From contig DAOUJN010000017.1 of the NCBI GenBank assembly GCA_034422655.1, forward strand, positions 1,142 through 65,141: DNA of 64,000 bases, given 5' to 3'. Both the position numbers and the translations under genes were made by a program. Under the pieces are notes generated by a model. The model worked only from the letters and a program-made list of their open reading frames with translations, made no database searches and had not been told where the DNA came from. Numbering within the stretch: position 1 is the stretch's first letter; the number at the start of each line of letters is the position of its first letter. Below, one piece after another: positions 58,565 through 64,000 of this stretch. Source of the stretch: Dehalococcoidia bacterium (GTDB lineage: Bacteria > Chloroflexota > Dehalococcoidia > Lucifugimonadales > UBA3495).

Positions 58565-58678
58565 TCCCTTCCCCCTTGACGGGGGAAGGTCAGGATGGGG
58601 GTGAGCGACCCACCCGTCATTCCGGTGAAAGTCGGAATCCATTAGTGAAAATTCGTGCCTATTCGTGGATGAAAAAAC
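58565..58678 (+). repeat. Cluster of three different repeat families
   Basis: CCCTTCCCCC family (58565-58604), CGTC REP (58615-58641), ATTCGTG-periodic unit (about 58642-58675). Confidence 0.75.
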
Positions 58679-59452
58679 TCACATAACCGAATACCCGCCG
58701 TCCACCGTAATCACCGCCCCGGTAACGTAATCCGAGGCCTTGCTGGACAGAAAAACCACCGTGCCCTGCAGTTCGTCCACCTCGCCCCATCGGCCCGTGG
58801 GTATGCGGCTGTTAATCATCTGGTAGCGTTCGGGCTGGTTCACCGGAACGTCCGAAGTCAGCGTGGTCATGAACCAGCCGGGCAGGATGGCGTTGGACTG
58901 GATGTTGTCTTTGGCCCAGGCCACCGCCAGGCTCTTGGCAAGCTGGACCACGCCGCCCTTGCTCGAGGAGTAGGGCGCGCCGCTGCCCCCGCCGCCGAAA
59001 ATGGAGTACATGGAGCCGATTCCGATAATCTTGCCGCCCCCCTGCTCCTTCATGTGGGGATAGACCTCCCTGGCCGCCAGGAAGGATGCGCGCAGGTTGA
59101 CGTCCAGCACCAGGTCCCATTCCTCCGTGGAAGTCTGGTCAGGCGTCTTGCGCACCACCGTCCCCGCGTTGTTCACCAGGATGTCCACCCTCCCGAAGAC
59201 GGAAACGGTGTCGGCCACCATCCCCTTGATTTCATCCTCCTGCGTAACGTCCACCCGCAGGCCCAGGGCTTCCACGCCCAATTCCTTCAGTTCCGCCACC
59301 GCCACCGCCGTCTTGTCCGCATCCCGCGCCGCCACCACAATGCTGGCGCCGGCCCCGGCCAGCCCCCGGGCCATGCCCAGCCCCAACCCCCCGTTGCCGC
59401 CCGTCACAATGGCAACGCGGCCGCTCAAGTCGAACAGTTCCCTGACGTCCAT
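58679..59452 (-). CDS. SDR family oxidoreductase (KduD/gluconate dehydrogenase-like)
   Basis: TGGNGGLG, NNAG, YSSSK, NAILPGW, VITVDGG. Confidence 0.93.
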   Translation of the reverse strand: MDVRELFDLSGRVAIVTGGNGGLGLGMARGLAGAGASIVVAARDADKTAVAVAELKELGVEALGLRVDVTQEDEIKGMVADTVSVFGRVDILVNNAGTVVRKTPDQTSTEEWDLVLDVNLRASFLAAREVYPHMKEQGGGKIIGIGSMYSIFGGGGSGAPYSSSKGGVVQLAKSLAVAWAKDNIQSNAILPGWFMTTLTSDVPVNQPERYQMINSRIPTGRWGEVDELQGTVVFLSSKASDYVTGAVITVDGGYSVM

Positions 59453-59571
59453 ACTCCCTCGCGATTCGTGCTAAGAGTGGGACATACTCTAACACATGGG
59501 GCTTGACCCCCATACAAATCGGGGTTTCCATGTAACAGCTCACATTATAGGGGAGATGCTCAGCCTGAAAC

Positions 59572-59667
59572 CGTCATACCGGCGAAAGCCGGTATCCAGA
59601 AGTCTTCCCTGTCAGTAAGTCTCAGGTGCACCTACCTTCCTGGATTCCGGCTTTCGCCAGAATGACG
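59572..59667. repeat. 96-bp CGTC REP composite
   Basis: CGTCATACCGGCGAAAGCCGGTATCCAG + 40 nt + CTGGATTCCGGCTTTCGCCAGAATGACG. Confidence 0.8.
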
Positions 59668-59724
59668 ATTCTGGGGCCGCCCGCTTACCCTTAACTCTGA
59701 ACAGTTACGGCCTATTGCTTCACT

Positions 59725-59753
59725 TTGCTTGCCAGTTTATGCTCTGCTAGACT
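59725..59753 (+). promoter_or_regulatory. SigA-type promoter (extended -10)
   Basis: TTGCTT-17 nt-TAGACT with TGn immediately before the -10. Confidence 0.55.
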
Positions 59754-59783
59754 TGTCGTGTCGGAAGCCGATTGGAGGAAGCA

Positions 59784-60059
59784 ATGGCCACGGTAGAGTT
59801 GGTCCCAGTGAGAATAAGCAACACCAGCAGTGGAAAGATTTGGTATGCGAGGGCGCTTTCCCACAGCGTGTCGGGGAGAGGTGACGACCCCAGGTCTGCG
59901 TTGGAGGACCTTCGAAGCAAACTGTATAGTGCTTTTGGCGAGGCCTCCATCGAATTGCTTGTCCGATCCGTAAACGTAACCTTTCCCTCTTCGCTGACCG
60001 AGACGGACTTTAATGAGTGGATGAGCGACAGAGCAAAGGACGCTTCTGTTGCCGCCTGA
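59784..60059 (+). CDS. HicB-like small protein
   Basis: WYARALSHSVSGRGDDPRSALEDLRSKL resembles the HicB N-terminal pattern; GGAGG RBS. Confidence 0.55.
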   Translation: MATVELVPVRISNTSSGKIWYARALSHSVSGRGDDPRSALEDLRSKLYSAFGEASIELLVRSVNVTFPSSLTETDFNEWMSDRAKDASVAA

Positions 60060-60315
60060 TGCCGAAAGACCTGATGACGACAGATTCGAATCACTGGAGG
60101 AAGAGGTCAAGGACCTGTGGGAAGTGGTAGAGGACCTCGAAGGACGAATCGAAAACGTCGCGACCAATGACGACTTGAACCTGGCAAAAGACGCCATAGC
60201 GTGGAAGCTGGTTCCTTGGATAACCGCGTTAGTTCTGGGCATTTTGGCGCTACTCGTTGCAATTGCGCTGGCCGTCGCGCTCATCAGCGGTTCGACTATC
60301 ACAATTTCCCGGTGA
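60049..60315 (+). CDS. Small coiled-coil protein with a C-terminal TM helix
   Basis: RFESLEEEVKDLWEVVEDLEGRIENVAT heptads then a hydrophobic tail; overlaps the upstream gene. Confidence 0.65.
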   Translation: MPPDAERPDDDRFESLEEEVKDLWEVVEDLEGRIENVATNDDLNLAKDAIAWKLVPWITALVLGILALLVAIALAVALISGSTITISR

Positions 60316-60554
60316 CCTCACCGGGAAATTGCCTTTCAGCTTAGTGGCACCCTCCTTTCCCGCGTAGCTGGTTCTGGAGTAAAGGCCAGGAGGGCGGACG
60401 CAGGGGCAGACACGCAGGTCTGCCCCGTCCTCACCCACGAAACCCCTTGAACTGGAACGCAAGCCACATTAGGCGTAAGTTGACACTATTAGGGGTGTAT
60501 GGTACGTTTCCAACGCTTTGCGTAGCGCATTTCCGTAACCTCGAGGTGCCTCTA

Positions 60555-62639
<2,085 letters not shown>

Positions 62640-62650
62640 CAAGGCAATAG

Positions 62651-62817
62651 CCTATCGCTACTGCAATGATGAATGTCACTCTTGAATCGTCATTCCGGCG
62701 AAAGCCGGAATCCAGAAGGATTGCCAAAGGTCAACTACAAAGCATAGGAACGATTCTGGATTCCGGCAAAAGCCTGAATGACGGTATGTCCCCAAGCCAT
62801 CACTTCTAGAGCGATGG
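62651..62817 (+). mobile_element. ~167-bp MITE-like element
   Basis: Aligns end to end with 37780-37945; starts about 12 nt after the hppA stop. Confidence 0.65.
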
Positions 62818-62936
62818 TCTACTAACCCTTTCGCAGGCGCTTCTGAGCCGGAAACATTAAGGACGTGACAAGATAGCCACGTCCTTAACTCTCGTCCCCG
62901 CCAAACCCACTCCATGGTAGTAGTCCGCTGTCCTGC

Positions 62937-63491
62937 TTACAGCTGCACCAACTCCACTTCCACCGCCCTTCCTTCAACCCTGATCCTGCCAACGGTGCCC
63001 AAACTCCCGAACTTGTGCTTCCTGCCAGGATAAGTAGGACTCCCGGGGTTGACGAACAACACGCCGTCGTACCAGCAGACCAGTTCCTCGTGGGTATCGC
63101 CGAACAGCACCACGTCCACCGGTTGGCCGAACTTGCGGACGGTTAGTTCGGCGGCGCCGACATTGGGGAAGACCAGGCCCGTCCCGTCGGGGCTGGTGGA
63201 TATGCGGGGCGTCGGCCACTGGATGTCGTGCACCATGCCGATGCTGATCCCCTCAACCTGGACGACCCTGGTCGAGGCGGCCAGGCGGTCTCCCGCCTCC
63301 GTGGGGTCTTCGTACCCCCGCACCGCCAGCACCGGGGCCAGGGTTCCCAGGTAATCAAGCACCCCGATGCACTCCAGGTCGCCGCAGTGCAGTATCAGGT
63401 CTGTACCGGCAAGGGCCTGCATAACCGCGTCCGGCAGGTCGCGGCCGCTTCCCGCCGAGTGGGTGTCCGAAATCAGGCCAACGAGCTTCAA
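62937..63491 (-). CDS. YfcE/MJ0936-like metallophosphoesterase
   Basis: ISDTH, HCGD, VRGYED, MVHD, FGDTH, NPGS. Confidence 0.9.
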   Translation of the reverse strand: MKLVGLISDTHSAGSGRDLPDAVMQALAGTDLILHCGDLECIGVLDYLGTLAPVLAVRGYEDPTEAGDRLAASTRVVQVEGISIGMVHDIQWPTPRISTSPDGTGLVFPNVGAAELTVRKFGQPVDVVLFGDTHEELVCWYDGVLFVNPGSPTYPGRKHKFGSLGTVGRIRVEGRAVEVELVQL

Positions 63492-63541
63492 GGCATTACC
63501 TTCAAAACACGGTTACAAGGAACAGGGGTGACGGCAGTGGT

Positions 63542-63710
63542 GGGACAAATTTGAAATGATCGGTTGGGGCTTAACCGTCTTTCCGGCGAAAGCCGGAATC
63601 CAGGACCCTTTCTGTGCATTGCAGTTGAACTTTGGCAAATGTTGCTGGGTTCCGGCTCAGGGCCGGAATGACGATTCGGGTCTTGTATCCATCATTTCAA
63701 AAGCGACAGG
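63542..63710 (-). mobile_element. ~167-bp MITE-like element, inverted and more diverged
   Basis: Reverse complement matches the spacer (TTGCCAAAG.TCAACT.CAA.GCA) and flanks of the other two copies. Confidence 0.55.
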
Positions 63711-63713
63711 TTA

Positions 63714-63989
63714 CTAATTCCGGTTCTCCCACAGCGTGAAGTAGTCGGGAGAGTCGTCCCGCAGGGCTTCCGTCAGTTCCTGGTAGCTGAGTTCCTGCAA
63801 TACCTGGTTCTCGTCCCTTACCAGGCGGGAAATGACGCTCTCCCATTGGGCTATGTCCGAACCGCCCGGGTAGGAACTCAGCAACTCCCGCAGGCTGCTG
63901 ATCAGCTTGTCGGAGTGCATGGCCAGCGCCCCACCGCTGATGATGAAGACCACCACGGCCGGCAGGTCCTCGTCATCAAAGGTATCCAC
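63714..63989 (-). CDS. Hypothetical protein, possibly 5'-truncated by the window end
   Basis: 91-aa ORF; frame stays open to the window edge. Confidence 0.5.
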   Translation of the reverse strand: MDTFDDEDLPAVVVFIISGGALAMHSDKLISSLRELLSSYPGGSDIAQWESVISRLVRDENQVLQELSYQELTEALRDDSPDYFTLWENRN

Positions 63990-64000
63990 TCCCAGCCTTT

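Noticed and set aside
62857-62889. 11-bp inverted repeat TTAAGGACGTG...CACGTCCTTAA
   Set aside because: Single copy between convergent genes; most simply a terminator-like hairpin.

Overview
A GC-rich bacterial chromosomal segment. Gene content and style (short YidC, LLM monooxygenase, DUF35/thiolase pairs, CaiB/CaiC, MMPL, K+-dependent PPase, LRR remnant) suggest Chloroflexota/Dehalococcoidia, possibly SAR202-like; this is inference, not a database result. It is mostly core and metabolic genes: rpmH-rnpA-yidD-(beta-propeller lipoprotein)-yidC-jag, tRNA-Leu(CAA), smpB, ctpA, minCDE, a purine cluster (guaA, purD, purE, purB, purC, purS), tRNA-Glu(CTC), glnB, comF, rbsK, hppA and many acyl-CoA enzymes. 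The standout is a gene missing from the ORF track: a 75-codon glutaredoxin-like ORF at 23912-24139 with two in-frame TGA codons at redox-motif positions, each followed by a SECIS-like hairpin. It is very likely a double selenoprotein and lies directly upstream of a single-Cys thioredoxin-fold gene. Other notable items: a catalytically dead HMG-CoA-synthase-fold/DUF35 fusion beside a thiolase (PhlABC-like); an NCS2 transporter with an altered substrate motif fused to a degenerate RsbW-like domain; a promoter-driven, highly base-paired ncRNA candidate after minE; at least four intergenic palindromic repeat families, including ~167-bp and 96-bp MITE-like composites; a 107-nt yidC/jag overlap; and an LRR gene stump abutting tRNA-Leu. 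I found no CRISPR array, rRNA, integrase or transposase.
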